Numbered from the stretch's first letter, positions 40,964 to 53,229 are shown. The stretch: 64,000 nucleotides of DNA from an uncultured Nitrososphaeraceae archaeon (GCA_963729045.1 CAVSMN010000009.1:160001-224000), one strand, 5' to 3'. Notes: a model not told the origin generated them from the sequence alone. Translations and numbers: made by a program.

Positions 40964-41129
40964 AACTCTATTTTTCTCTTTTACTACACATTACTTTTGT
41001 CAAGAGCAGTATCACTAACTCTTAAGTTCGACAACAAGAAAGTAAAAGACAGAATTGCTTTAAACCGGTAACAAATAGAGTAGGATGTGGCTTAATTAGA
41101 GAATCAAGAGTAGCCATATTGTATTATTT

Positions 41130-43064
41130 TTATAAATGCTTATTTATTTCTTGTAGTTCATGAGTTATTTCTTCAATGGACGCCTCATCCTCAAGGGTAG
41201 TGATATCTCCAATAGTCTCGTTGTTTACAATAGATTTTAGAAGTCTTCTCATTATTTTGCCACTTCGTGTCTTTGGTAACTTATTTACAAAATAAATCTT
41301 TTCAGCAGATGCAATTGGCCCTATTGTATTTTTGATGTGCTCATTTACCTCTATATCTAAGTGCGAAGATAATTCTGCTCCTTTTCTTAGTACCAGAAAT
41401 GCGATGATTGTTTCACCTTTGATTTCATCCTTTTTACTAGTGACAGCTGCCTCAGCGATTGAAGGATGAGAGATAAAAGCACTTTCAAGTTCTATAGTTC
41501 CTAATCTGTGACCGGCAACCTTCAATATATCATCTGCTCTTCCTAGTATCCAATAATATCCATCATTATCTACATATGCAAAATCACCTGCAAAGTAACT
41601 ATTATGTGTCTTTTCCCAGTACGTTTTTTCATATCTTTCGTTATTGTTCCACAATGAAAGGAGCATTCCGGGCCAAGGTTCTTTTACAGTTAAATATCCT
41701 TTTTTATTGGCTTCTACTTTTTTACCATGGTCATCTACTATTTCTAATTCTATGCCTGGTAATGAAAATGTTCCAGAACCAGGTTTCATTTGGATAATCT
41801 CAATTCCGGTACACATACTTATCATGATACCACCAGTCTCAGTTTGCCACCACGTATCTATTATAGGACAATTACTTTTACCAATTGTATTGAAATACCA
41901 CATCCAAACCTCTGGATTTATTGGCTCTCCTACCGTGCCCAATAGTCGCAAACTTGATAAATCATACGAATTGGGTATGTCATTTCCATATCTCATATAT
42001 GATCTCAAGGCTGTGGGTGTGGTATATAGAATGGTTACCCCGTGTTTTTCAATAATATTCCAATATTGACCTTGGTCAGGGTAATCTGGTGCACCCTCAT
42101 AAATAATTTCAGTTACTCCATGCATCAATGGTCCATATACTATGTAGCTATGTCCGGTTACCCAGCCTATATCTGCTGTACAGAAAAATACATCTGTTGG
42201 GACAAAATTGAAGACCCATTTTGCCGAGTTAAACAAATGAGTCAAGTATCCTCCGCTTCCATGGACAACACCTTTCGGTTTACCTGTGGTCCCTGATGTA
42301 TATAATATAAACAAAGGATCGTTACTTTCCATCCATTCTGACTCACAATAGTTGGATTCTTTGTTTACTAAATCTTCGAACCACATGTCTTTTTCATCGA
42401 TGTCTATATCTTCATGCGTTCTTTTAACGACTATTACTTTTTCAACAGTAGGGGTTTGTTTTACAGCTTCATCAACTATTTTTTTCAATGGTATTATTTT
42501 CCCTCTTCTATATCCTCCGTCTGCTGTAATTATTATCCTGGATTCAGCATCATTCACTCTGTCAATGATTGATTGAGAACTAAACCCTGAAAAAATAACA
42601 GAATGAATTGCTCCTATTCTAGCACAAGCAAGCATTGATATGACTAATTCGGGTATCATCGGTAGGTAAATTGTGATTCTGTCTCCTTTTTTTATACCAA
42701 GCCTTTTGAGTGCGTTGGCCAGTTGATTCACTCTATAAAACAATTGATTATAGGTAATAGTAACAGATTTTCCATCTTCCCCTTCCCAAATAATCGCTGC
42801 CTGATTCTTCTTTTCACTTGTTAGATGTCTATCAAGACAATTATAGGCGGCATTTAGTTTACCTCCTAAGAACCATCTAGCAAAAGGAGGGTTCCAGTCC
42901 AATACTTGCTCCCATTCTTTAAACCATGCCAAATTCTTTGCACAATTTGACCAAAATTGTTTTGGATCTATTTGGGATATTCTTTTTAATTCTTTTATCT
43001 TATTTCCATCTAGAGAAATGATTTCTTGATGTCCATCATCCTTGCGATATTGAGGATCAATCAT
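41130..43064 (-). CDS. acs: acetyl-CoA synthetase (AMP-forming)
   Basis: YTSGTTGKPKG, DIGWVTGHSY, DTWWQTETGG, PKTRSGKIMRR. Confidence 0.95.
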   Translation of the reverse strand: MIDPQYRKDDGHQEIISLDGNKIKELKRISQIDPKQFWSNCAKNLAWFKEWEQVLDWNPPFARWFLGGKLNAAYNCLDRHLTSEKKNQAAIIWEGEDGKSVTITYNQLFYRVNQLANALKRLGIKKGDRITIYLPMIPELVISMLACARIGAIHSVIFSGFSSQSIIDRVNDAESRIIITADGGYRRGKIIPLKKIVDEAVKQTPTVEKVIVVKRTHEDIDIDEKDMWFEDLVNKESNYCESEWMESNDPLFILYTSGTTGKPKGVVHGSGGYLTHLFNSAKWVFNFVPTDVFFCTADIGWVTGHSYIVYGPLMHGVTEIIYEGAPDYPDQGQYWNIIEKHGVTILYTTPTALRSYMRYGNDIPNSYDLSSLRLLGTVGEPINPEVWMWYFNTIGKSNCPIIDTWWQTETGGIMISMCTGIEIIQMKPGSGTFSLPGIELEIVDDHGKKVEANKKGYLTVKEPWPGMLLSLWNNNERYEKTYWEKTHNSYFAGDFAYVDNDGYYWILGRADDILKVAGHRLGTIELESAFISHPSIAEAAVTSKKDEIKGETIIAFLVLRKGAELSSHLDIEVNEHIKNTIGPIASAEKIYFVNKLPKTRSGKIMRRLLKSIVNNETIGDITTLEDEASIEEITHELQEINKHL

Positions 43065-43296
43065 GAAAAAGGAAAGATTTTTCTTTACTTAAATGCTTTC
43101 GTTATTTATTATAGTGTATTATCTATATGCGATTCCTCTATCAAAAACCATTCACAATCATACCAATTTACACATATTATTCATTCAAAAATTTTTCTTT
43201 CAGTGGCAATTTCAAATTACATAATAAACTTATATAGGAATGTTATATTTGATTGTTGCAATAAACTAAAATAAATAAAGAGAACGAAAATAAAGT

Positions 43297-43554
43297 GTGA
43301 AATATAGAAGTCGAACTGAAATAGTGGCCATGATACTGGATGCAGCCAACGGCGGAGCAACCAAGACAAAAATCATGTATAAAGCATTTTTAAGTTATGC
43401 CCAGTTACGTGAATATTTATCAGTATTAATTGAAAATAATCTAATCGAATATGTTGAAGGTTCTCAAACTTACAAAACCACCGAAAAAGGCTTAAACTTT
43501 CTTAAAATGCACAATGAAATTGGAGAACTCTTAAGTTCAACTACTCAAAAGTAA
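43297..43554 (+). CDS. winged-helix transcriptional regulator (MKYRSR family), diverged paralogue
   Basis: MKYRSRTEIVAMIL...ATKTKIMYKAFLSYAQL...YKTTEKG. Confidence 0.9.
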   Translation: MKYRSRTEIVAMILDAANGGATKTKIMYKAFLSYAQLREYLSVLIENNLIEYVEGSQTYKTTEKGLNFLKMHNEIGELLSSTTQK

Positions 43555-43721
43555 AACTACTTTTCAAATTTTTATAAATTCTTGTAATTTATGTTTTTTT
43601 TAATAAATTTTACAAGTGTAGTCAATCAAATAAATAAAGAGTGAAGGAATGATCAAAAAACAACTGTGGCTTTCTAACCAAATACCTGCATATTTCAGAT
43701 CTTTTTTGTTATTTGTACTCA

Positions 43722-44609
43722 TTAATTATTTGTAGCCATTATATGGGTGGATTCGTTGTTTTCTATATTATTTCCTAATGACGCCTCTACATAGTTAGTT
43801 ACTTCATTGGTAGAACTTTCACCACCTTCTGCATTTGATCCCATCTCTTGTTGTTCCTGGTCTTGTTGAATCCCTTGATTATAATTCGTATCTTGTTCCG
43901 ATTCTTGGGTTAGCTTTTGAATATTGTAATCTAATACCTCTTCTTTATCTTCATTTTGAACGTTTAATTGATCATTCTTGATTTCGCTATTGTTTGAGGT
44001 AACTGTATTGTCTACTGTTTGTTGTGTAAGCTTGTTAATTATGTTGTTTATTTCTGTTTTTTCTAAGTTGACGTGTTCTATTAATTCATTAGTGTGCATA
44101 GTTATCTGTTGATAAATATCTTCTGTTATTTCGTTACTCTTATATTGCAACTTTGCATCAAATAAAACTGCTTTTATCCTTTTCGATTCCATATCTATTT
44201 CAGATATTCTCTGATGAAGTCTCTCGATAATCTCTTTGGTGTTTTCGCCTAAATCATCCAACCTTTTTTCATACTTTAAGTATACCAATTCTGCATCATC
44301 TTTCATATTGTCGTTATCAGCTACGATTTCTTGCAAAGCTTTAATCCTCTTCAATGTCAAAGATTTTTCTCGCAAGAGCTTTTGTGCATCTAAGCGCCAT
44401 CTCGGAATAAAAATGACATAGTCTCCTTGTACCAACAGTTGTTCATATGGTAAATTTTTTATACCACTTGATCCACAATCAACACTAACAGACTCTATAG
44501 ATCCTTCTATATCTGTGATGATACCTACAACTTTTCCAATGAATGTTCCATACATGTCTTTAACTTTTTTACTGACAAATTCGAGCTTCAATTCGCTCAT
44601 GCAATTCAA
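43722..44609 (-). CDS. cdvA: CdvA-like cell division protein
   Basis: KKVKDMYGTFIGKVVG PRC-barrel, IPRWR, long coiled coil, acidic tail. Confidence 0.85.
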   Translation of the reverse strand: MNCMSELKLEFVSKKVKDMYGTFIGKVVGIITDIEGSIESVSVDCGSSGIKNLPYEQLLVQGDYVIFIPRWRLDAQKLLREKSLTLKRIKALQEIVADNDNMKDDAELVYLKYEKRLDDLGENTKEIIERLHQRISEIDMESKRIKAVLFDAKLQYKSNEITEDIYQQITMHTNELIEHVNLEKTEINNIINKLTQQTVDNTVTSNNSEIKNDQLNVQNEDKEEVLDYNIQKLTQESEQDTNYNQGIQQDQEQQEMGSNAEGGESSTNEVTNYVEASLGNNIENNESTHIMATNN

Positions 44610-44705
44610 TTTGTAGATGAGTATAATGCTCGCTGTGTGAAAAAGATTTTATAATATTGTAAGATTTAATCAACTATAAGTACAATTACATGTATACAAT
44701 AAACT

Positions 44706-46403
44706 TTGAATAAGAAATTGAATCAAGAAAATTTTAATAATGATGAAAGAAAAAAACTTGAATCTCATTTTTCCAATTCAGACAGTAGTGTATTTGTAAT
44801 AATTACTCCACATCAGGTCGATCGTGGAGCTTTGATGTCTAGATATTCTAGGACTGATAAGACGATGAGAAGGATATTTATTGATGAATTTCTACCAAAT
44901 CCCAATAGAGGTCTGGAATTTTATAACAGAGTCCTTTTAGAATATGGCGATGAATCTGTAGCTGAACTCGGGACAGCTCAATGTGCTTTGGAATGGATAT
45001 CCAATATATCTGCACAAAAAATAGAAGATCATAGGATCGGATTATCATTTTTAGAAAAATCATCCCGCTACGTTGCATTTGATAAAAAAATTAACGGAGT
45101 TTATAAATATTTTAGGGATAAAAAAATCATGTCTTCCGTTTATGCCGACAAGTATATACAGTCATGTGATTTGGCATTTGAAACTTATTCAAAGAATATC
45201 TTACCTATGCAACAGTATTTAAAAGAAAAAATTCCAATAGATAATCTTGTTTTTAATGATTCTGAAACAAAAACTGATACCCTCTTTAACAACCTAAAAA
45301 GCTCTAAAGATATTGACAATGCAAAAAAAATATATAATTCATCCATCAAGGCCAAAGCTTTAGACATATTGAGAAATCTCCTTCCATCTTCAACTCTCAC
45401 TAATCTGGCAATTACAGGAAATGGAAGAGCGTTTGAATATCTTTTGTTTAATATGAACTCCTCCGAATTAGGAGAAATCAAAAATTTAGGTGATTTATTA
45501 TATAAAGAACTGGAAAAGTACATTGAACCATTTATCAAACGATCAAAAGATAGACACAGCATTTCATATTGCAAATACCTTGATAATACCGAGAAATCAA
45601 TTTCAAGAATTCTGGATAAGGATCTTTATCAAAAACATGATGAGATTTCCGTTAATGACATTCCATTAGATACTTTCATTAATATCAAAAGTTTCACAGG
45701 TGTCAAATTGCTTTATCATATACCCAATATTGAAGCAGAAATCAAATTGGTTGCCTCTATTTTGCATGAATATGGTAGAGGTCTATCCATGTCTTTTTTA
45801 CTAGATCTTGTTACTACCTTCTCTGAAGAAAAGCGACATGAGATTATTCGTGCATATTCTCATTTTAGAGAAAATAGACGGCATAGACCTGGAAGAGCTT
45901 TTGAGGTAATTGATTATTCATTTGAATTAGTAACTAATTATGGAATGTTTAGGGATCTTCATAGGCATAGACTTTTGACTATGAGTCGACAGTTGTTATC
46001 TACAAAATATGGGTTTGATGTTCCAGAGGAGATTAGTGAATTAGGAATAGAAAAGGATTATAGTGATTGTATGTATCATAGTGCTGATACTTACAAGTTA
46101 ATCTCATCTACGATGCCTGCAGAAGCACAATATGCTGTAACTTTTGCTTATAGGTATCCATATTTTATAAAAATGAATCTTCGTGAAGCATGTCATATGA
46201 TTGAACTAAGGACAACTCCGCAGGGCCATCCAGACTATCGAAATGCGTGTCAGAAAATGTATTCACTGATAAAGCAGGTCAATCCTGTTATTTCTGAAGG
46301 TATCAAATTTGTAGATATGAATAGTTATGATTTAGAAAGATTCAAATCAGAAAAAAATACCGTATTGAAAAAATCTAAATATAAATTAATCGATACATTC
46401 TGA
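44706..46403 (+). CDS. thyX: FAD-dependent thymidylate synthase, two-domain ThyX
   Basis: [36 protein letters not shown]. Confidence 0.92.
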   Translation: MNKKLNQENFNNDERKKLESHFSNSDSSVFVIITPHQVDRGALMSRYSRTDKTMRRIFIDEFLPNPNRGLEFYNRVLLEYGDESVAELGTAQCALEWISNISAQKIEDHRIGLSFLEKSSRYVAFDKKINGVYKYFRDKKIMSSVYADKYIQSCDLAFETYSKNILPMQQYLKEKIPIDNLVFNDSETKTDTLFNNLKSSKDIDNAKKIYNSSIKAKALDILRNLLPSSTLTNLAITGNGRAFEYLLFNMNSSELGEIKNLGDLLYKELEKYIEPFIKRSKDRHSISYCKYLDNTEKSISRILDKDLYQKHDEISVNDIPLDTFINIKSFTGVKLLYHIPNIEAEIKLVASILHEYGRGLSMSFLLDLVTTFSEEKRHEIIRAYSHFRENRRHRPGRAFEVIDYSFELVTNYGMFRDLHRHRLLTMSRQLLSTKYGFDVPEEISELGIEKDYSDCMYHSADTYKLISSTMPAEAQYAVTFAYRYPYFIKMNLREACHMIELRTTPQGHPDYRNACQKMYSLIKQVNPVISEGIKFVDMNSYDLERFKSEKNTVLKKSKYKLIDTF

Positions 46404-46442
46404 TTTCTTCTTATAGTATCTCCAATATTACTACTTTTTTCA

Positions 46443-47472
46443 TTAAAACCATTTGTCAAGAGATTGACTTCTTTTAACAATACTTTTTTCAAGCCTTCCC
46501 AAGTGGTTGATAACCCTTTCATTGGAGAAATTTTTCTCATCACAAAGATATTTTATGGTTTTTTCCTTCTCTATCTCATTAAATTCAATATTTAAGTCCT
46601 CTATGTCAGTAACTTGGGGATTCAGAAATATTTCCCTAATTTCATTGTATGGAGTGGTCAATAGTTCTGCTTTTATTTTTTCTATGTCTTCAATCTTCTT
46701 GTACTTTTGTATCAATTTTAGAGCATTTTTTGGACCGATGCCACTAAATCCATCAGGATTAAAGTCAGTACCAATCAAGATTCCAACATCCACAAGCTGC
46801 TGGTGAGTTAGATTATTGGTCTTTAGTACTCTGAGAGTACTCTATTATTTCTGGTACGATATCAACATACACATTTCTGTTGGGGATTTTTCTTTTCCCA
46901 CTAACTGTCAAATTCCTTATCAACCTTTTAGCACCAAATAGTATTGAATCATAATCTTGACTCACGGATGAATATGCTAAATCCTTCTTAGATAGAAGTG
47001 CGGCGGTTGCTTCCCCTTCTGACTTTGCAGTAATATATGGAATACCCATCAATGACAATAAGCATTTTGATTCTTCAATCATTTTAGAGGTTAGAATTGA
47101 AGTTCCCTGACTAAATTTTTTTGCGTCATCTAATCTTCCCTCTTCCAATGCTACATTATACTTTTCAGTTGCTTCTTCTTTGACTTTTCTTCTTCTTTGA
47201 ATTTCTCCTGATTTCAATCTATGAGGTAATCCGTCGAAAATATATACTAATTTGACTCCATCACTAAGTAAATTTATGTTTCTATAAAAAAGTCCACTGA
47301 GATGACTGGTGGGTTCTCCTTGGTTGTTTGCTAGTAATTCTCCAGTGGGACCTCTAATTGTCGCTAAGAATTGATAAATTACATTGAAAGCATCTATCGC
47401 AACCACTTTTCCATCTAAATCAGAAATTCTGATAGGATTAGATGTAATCAATGGTTTTAGGTTTAATCCCAT
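46443..47472 (-). CDS. fen: flap endonuclease 1 (1-bp frameshift near 46833)
   Basis: MGLNL, AIDAFNVIYQFL, SEGEATAA, SQDYDSILFGA; second half GTDFNP.G..GIGPK and PIP box QSLDKWF. Confidence 0.93.
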
Positions 47473-48169
47473 ATTCTGATGTTCTACCCTTTATGATTTT
47501 TAAATATTTGATATCTTACAGTCTTGTAATAACGAGACTACTATTTATTATTCATAATAAGATCAGTTCAAATAAATAAGCCTACCAAAAGTAAAATTTA
47601 AACATTGATACATAAATTATTCAATACGGTGTATAGGCAGTAGCCAAATAACTAATTCTAATACCTGTATCAGGACTGGTCAACTATAGAATAATGAATG
47701 TCACATAGTTAAGACGGTATTAACAATAGTTCGCACAGGATATTAACCGGTTCTAATTATACAAGAGATCTATTGTATATGTCTTAAATTCTATTTATAA
47801 TTTGTCCCTGGGTATTATTCAAATCTCTTAGAACTATCTTTGATTCGTTAATTTCCTGCTTCAACCCATCCTTCTCTAATATCATTTGATCTAAATATTG
47901 TGGAAATTCTGAAAGAGGTAAAGGCTTGTTTTCCTTCTTTCTTTATACATTTGTTTATTCTTCTTTTTCTATTTGACCATCAAATACTTTGCCGTTTTCA
48001 TGTTGAAATCCTGTGAAATCAACAAATCCATCAAGTAAATCCATTCCTTTTTCAGCATGTGGATTCATTCTTTAGGGTTAATATTTCCATTTGATTTTGA
48101 AAAATTTATTAGATCGTAAATAAATCACCTATGAAACCTGGGATTATATTATTACGTGTGCAAATTAAA

Positions 48170-48488
48170 TAAATGTCCCGAACAAAAGAAAAAAAATTTA
48201 TCATCGTCATTCACTCCTAGTAATTTCAACATTTTGCCATTCCTAAACCCCTCTGCACATTCACCAACGGCAATGCCTGATTTTTTAACTAAAATGGCAG
48301 ATTCTCTTAAATTTTCTATATCTGGCATTCACCATTTTTTCTTTCCATTTTGTAATTATCCCTGTGACGGTGCCTTGACTAATGCTAGTTTCTTTTGCTA
48401 TTGTGTCTCTTGTTTTACGTTTTAGCAGTCGTATCACTAGTGATTCCTTTAACGACTGCCTTTGATCAATTAATTCTACAAGAATCAC
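48170..48488 (-). pseudogene. fragment of an N-terminal HTH protein
   Basis: TRDTIAKETSISQGTVTGIITKWK, then in another frame LVKKSGIAVGECAEGFRNGKMLKLLGV; truncated. Confidence 0.55.
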
Positions 48489-48817
48489 ACTAATATGGCT
48501 AGGTTTAAAAGCAAATAGAATTTATCGTCATTTTCTCCGTCAATTCTGTCATTTTATACCTTTTTCTCATGTAGCGTAGAAATAAGAAGAATATTGATTC
48601 ACAATAATAAAAGAATTTTTGTAAGAAATTAATAAAATGATAAAATATAATAAACTTGTATATACTATAATAAATTAGAAAAGAATTTGGAAATTAGTTA
48701 ATGAATATCATGATTTATTATTAATCTTTGAATCTGTCTAAATGGACTAACCTTTCAGAGTTTTTAGAATTAACAACCTCTACTAAAGGTTTAATCTTGG
48801 TACCTGAAAATCTATTA

Positions 48818-48859
48818 TTACCTATGAGAAGAGGTTTGGGTTTAACTTCTCATAGGTAA
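48818..48859. repeat. perfect 14-bp inverted repeat with 14-nt loop
   Basis: TTACCTATGAGAAG (48818-48831) / CTTCTCATAGGTAA (48846-48859). Confidence 0.85.
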
Positions 48860-49530
48860 GAGATACTATTGAATACCTTGAATATTTTCACTATTAATTT
48901 AGAATTTAAGTTTTAATAGAACAAATTTCTGTTCGATTATACTATAAAGATCTATAACCAGGTATAGTTCTGTTCTATCTCCAAGAAAAACAGCTCCTTT
49001 AAATATCAGGTCTATAGCGAGCTTTTCAAAGCGGATGAAATCCGGTTTAGAGCATTCAAATCTGTGCATTCTTTCACAATATATAGATCTTGATTTCTTT
49101 TGACGACTATATTGATTTTCATATTGGTAACAAACTATTTGTTATGGGAGTAATTCGGAGATGAGATTATCTTAATGAAGTAGTAAATCCGAGTGGGTCT
49201 CTAAATGGATTATCATAATGTTTTAAAACATCTATTCCCAAAATACTTGATACATCAACTGCATCTTGGTTACCTTTTATTTTACTCATGATATTTAGTT
49301 TGTATAGTTTAATCGTATGTAAGCCCTCGTTTGAATTGAAAACTATTTTTACATAAGATAAATTGTTAAAATGATATTTTTTCCGTTCGTTTTCATATAT
49401 TTATTATCCTCGATTAAAACCTCGGTGAAACTAATCCTATTCTATATTCATTGTGTCAACTTAACTGAGTAGTACAAGCACAAGTATCTAAAACGAATCA
49501 TATATCCGTTGGTTGATATAAAAAAAGATA

Positions 49531-50307
49531 CTATAGTTTAGCTGATATTCCCCCATCTAGCGTCATCACTGTTCCGGTTATCCACTTTGAATCATCTGAA
49601 GCTAAAAATAAAATGGCATTAGCAACATCCTCTGGATCGCCAATCCTTTTTAATGGAAATGATCCCTCTAACATCCTTTTTGCGTTTTCGTCCTGTAAAT
49701 ATGGCTCCATCATAGGACTGCGAATGGTAGACGGTGCTATACAATTACATCTTATATTGTATTGTCCGTATTCTACTGCTATACTTTTTGTTAACATTAT
49801 GATACCTGCCTTTGTGACACCATATACTGAAAACGGTACCTTTGGAATGGCTCTTATTCCCAATAATGATGATATATTGATGATATTACCTGATTTTTGT
49901 TCGATCATCAAGGGAATCACTGCTTTGATAGGCTGAAACGTTCCTTTTAGATTAACATTCATCAAGTTCGTCCATTGATCTTCAGTCATTAGATGGAATG
50001 GTGTAGGATCATTAATTATTGCTGCACAATTTATGAGACTATCTATTTTATCAAAAGCAGTCAAAGTTTGTTCAATGACACTTAATACTTCAGATTCATG
50101 AGATACATCCGCCGCCATATGTATCAAATTATCATTCTTGCCCAACTCCTCTACCGTTTTTTTTAATTTATTTTTATTTCTAGAAACTAAAACCACTTTA
50201 CTACCTTCTTCAAGTACTTTTTGTGCTACTGATTTTCCAATCCCACCAGATGCACCTGTAATAATAGTTACTTTTCCATTCAGTTTCATGAAATAATTAC
50301 GTTGCAA
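49531..50307 (-). CDS. short-chain dehydrogenase/reductase (SDR)
   Basis: TGASGGIG, INISS, YGVTK, GTVMTLDGG. Confidence 0.95.
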   Translation of the reverse strand: MQRNYFMKLNGKVTIITGASGGIGKSVAQKVLEEGSKVVLVSRNKNKLKKTVEELGKNDNLIHMAADVSHESEVLSVIEQTLTAFDKIDSLINCAAIINDPTPFHLMTEDQWTNLMNVNLKGTFQPIKAVIPLMIEQKSGNIINISSLLGIRAIPKVPFSVYGVTKAGIIMLTKSIAVEYGQYNIRCNCIAPSTIRSPMMEPYLQDENAKRMLEGSFPLKRIGDPEDVANAILFLASDDSKWITGTVMTLDGGISAKL

Positions 50308-50488
50308 TTAATTAAAAGGCTTTTCAATTTTGCCCGTACAATTCTCGATGTTTATGTAAAAAGGTACTAAAAATGTAGTTATTGATAGAATGTAATGAAT
50401 ATAATTAATTATAATCGGGCAATATTATCTATTTAACGATAAGAATTACGACAAAATAGATTAATATTGGAAAAATCTTATTTTTTAT

Positions 50489-50830
50489 ATGGTTAACGAA
50501 TTAACTTGTCCTAATTGTTCAACCATGATGCGCGCCAATCAAAGATATGGAGTTGATATCGATTTCTGCCCATCTTGTAAAGGTATATGGCTAGATAGAG
50601 GAGAAATAGAAAAAATCGCTAATGCTTCTAAAAGATATGATGAGGACCCTGCATATTCAAATGGTCCTGCATATTCAAATGAACGTCTTGGAAATTATGA
50701 CGAATATCCAAGGGAAGTAAGAAAATACCGAAACGACGACGATTATGATCATCATCGGTATGAATCTAGTCAATATGGTTACAAAAAGAAAAAACGAGGA
50801 TTTTTCACCGACTTTTTTGATTTTGATTAA
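50489..50830 (+). CDS. zf-TFIIB-type zinc-finger protein
   Basis: CPNC...GVDIDFCPSCKGIWLDRGEIEKI, C-terminal KKKKRGFFTDFFD. Confidence 0.9.
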   Translation: MVNELTCPNCSTMMRANQRYGVDIDFCPSCKGIWLDRGEIEKIANASKRYDEDPAYSNGPAYSNERLGNYDEYPREVRKYRNDDDYDHHRYESSQYGYKKKKRGFFTDFFDFD

Positions 50831-50916
50831 CAAGTAACAAACATCATATTTTTCAAGCCATTCGAAATTTATCAATCTATCTTATTCGAAATTATCAAGA
50901 ATCCAGAACTTATCCA

Positions 50917-51126
50917 TCATAACTTAGGGTTCCCCTCTCTATTTCGATTTTTGCTGCTATTTTTGATATCGATTTTCTTTTCTCTGTTTAGTATGATTAT
51001 TATGAGAAGAGGAAATATGAAACCTACAAGAATCATTATTTCTAATGTAATGACTATAAAAAAACCATTAATAATCAACCAAACGTAGCAAATTGTTGAA
51101 ATAAAGTCATACGTACTCTTCAGCAT
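50917..51126 (-). CDS. small membrane protein
   Basis: Hydrophobic N-terminus, basic tail. Confidence 0.4.
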   Translation of the reverse strand: MLKSTYDFISTICYVWLIINGFFIVITLEIMILVGFIFPLLIIIILNREKKIDIKNSSKNRNREGNPKL

Positions 51127-51363
51127 ATAATTTGGATATATTTTACTTTATAATAAACTAAAAGATCAAGGTCTAAAAAATTAATAAAACATCTCTCATC
51201 TCCTCGAGGCACAACCCAAAAGATTTCATGAATCTCCATAATACATAAGGAATCTGACTAGTCTATTCTTGGTTTTTCATCTGTATTATCATCCTTGATG
51301 ATTAAATATTGATTATATCATTTTGAAAAAATTGCATTTAATAGCACGCAGAGATTACCATGA

Positions 51364-52374
51364 TTGGATCGGTATATTATAATAATATTTGGGAGATTGG
51401 TCATTCTTGACATGAATATCCGTAGGGCCAGATCCTCTGACAAAAATAAAGTCTTGGATTTTTGCGTAAATACGTTTGAATGGGGGGATTATATTGATAG
51501 AGCTTGGGATAATTGGATAAGTGAGCCATCTAGTCTGCTATTTGTCTGTGAAACTCAGTTATCATCTTTCATTTCAAAATCAGATCTCGTAGGAGTAATC
51601 CATATTCTTCAATGTTCAAATAATTCATTATGGATTGAAGGGCTACGGATAAATAAGCTATATAGAAACAATGGTTTTGCCACCGCCCTCTTAAATCATA
51701 GTATTGATTATGGAATCGAGAATAACTTAAATGAATGCTGTGCTTTGGTTTCTCAAGGTAATTTTGCTTCGCAAAAAATGCTAGAAAAATTAGGATTTTT
51801 GAAACTCTTCATCTGTACTTATTATAATGTAAAGTTAGAAAAATTAGGATTTATGGGTAAGAAATTGTCCACATTTACAAATATGTCATCAATCAAATTA
51901 GTTATTAAAACACCACATTTGGCTGACGTCACCAAGATTCACAGATACTTATCTAATCCAAATACAACAAAGATTATGGATGATAGATATTTTGATTCCT
52001 GGAGATTCTACAAATTCAATATGGATTATTCAAACTTAGTTTTACTAATAAAAAGTAATGAATTATTGATTGTTTTAAATGAAGATGATAGAATAGTAGG
52101 AGTTATAATGATGAAAACAATTGTTAGTCAAGATAGCTTCGACAAAAAATCTGTGATACAAATTAGTTACTTTAATTGTATCAAAAGGTCGTTATACTTA
52201 AAAGTCTTATACCTATTACTAGAGAAATATCATAATGATATGCGATTTGATAATATTCAGGTTTTTTTACCGACTTTTCTAGGATTAGGAAAATTTCTTA
52301 GTTTCGAATCAATTGATTACTCAGATCAGTTCTGTCTATATACAAAAAAAATTAAGGATATTCGGAATAAGTAA
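51364..52374 (+). CDS. GNAT-family N-acetyltransferase
   Basis: IRRA, WIEGLRINKLYRNNGFATALL, NFASQKMLEKLGF; true start probably 51412. Confidence 0.85.
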   Translation: MDRYIIIIFGRLVILDMNIRRARSSDKNKVLDFCVNTFEWGDYIDRAWDNWISEPSSLLFVCETQLSSFISKSDLVGVIHILQCSNNSLWIEGLRINKLYRNNGFATALLNHSIDYGIENNLNECCALVSQGNFASQKMLEKLGFLKLFICTYYNVKLEKLGFMGKKLSTFTNMSSIKLVIKTPHLADVTKIHRYLSNPNTTKIMDDRYFDSWRFYKFNMDYSNLVLLIKSNELLIVLNEDDRIVGVIMMKTIVSQDSFDKKSVIQISYFNCIKRSLYLKVLYLLLEKYHNDMRFDNIQVFLPTFLGLGKFLSFESIDYSDQFCLYTKKIKDIRNK

Positions 52375-52612
52375 TAATTTATCTCATGATTAAAACAACA
52401 TAATATATTGTTGCATTATTATTGCTTAATCGATTCTAATTTACTAGATATATCCAGCAGAAGTGAGAATTCAAATAGTTGTTGTTCGAAATCGATATTG
52501 TTCATTGATCCAAAATATACTTTGGATAGGGATATCAATAATATCGACGTCAACTCGAATAACCATATATACAAAGTTAAATTCGAAATAATTCTGATGA
52601 GGAGTGAAAAAT

Positions 52613-53170
52613 CTATCTGGTTTCCTCTTTTACTTCTTTTCCACTCAATATTAACTTATAATGAATTAACATTCTTCTAGGCATACTGGCTAACGCAGCT
52701 TTCCCGTAAATTAATAAAAATTCAAAAATAATTGTAACCAGTAAAAATATCGTCATAGCCTCTCCAAAGAAAAAGAAAGTCAATTTATAATCCATCTTTG
52801 TTTTTTCGAGTAATCCAAGCCTCAAAATTATACCACAAGAAGTAATTACTATACGTGTTATGGTGGCCAGTATATAGGAGAAGTTGGAAAACCGTCCGAG
52901 ATCAACAAAAATTATACCATTCCTATTTTTATAGAATCCTAATGTCTTATCAGAATATTTGTTGGCTAAATATAGGGAGACACCAAAAGCAATCAAATAG
53001 GGGACTATAAATTAGATTGGAACCCCAATGATGAAAAATGAACTATAGAGTAAAAATAATGTAAGCACGAATTGTATAATTGAATGGGTGATAACTTTTC
53101 TCTTATTTAATTTTTCAACTTTTATTACTGATTTAAATCTCATGTCTATGCCACTAGTTCATCTTATTCT
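52613..53170 (-). pseudogene. membrane protein, frameshifted
   Basis: Hydrophobic ORF 52613..52996 continues upstream in another frame (MRFKSVIKVEKLNKRKVITHSIIQF...); 5' end approximate. Confidence 0.45.
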
Positions 53171-53229
53171 TTGATTCATCAATTGTGTAATTTTGTATTC
53201 AAGCAAGATATGGTTAATGATATCTGATT

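Noticed and set aside
43722..44609. cdvA without adjacent cdvB/cdvC as an anomaly
   Set aside because: Dispersed cdv genes are normal in Nitrososphaerota
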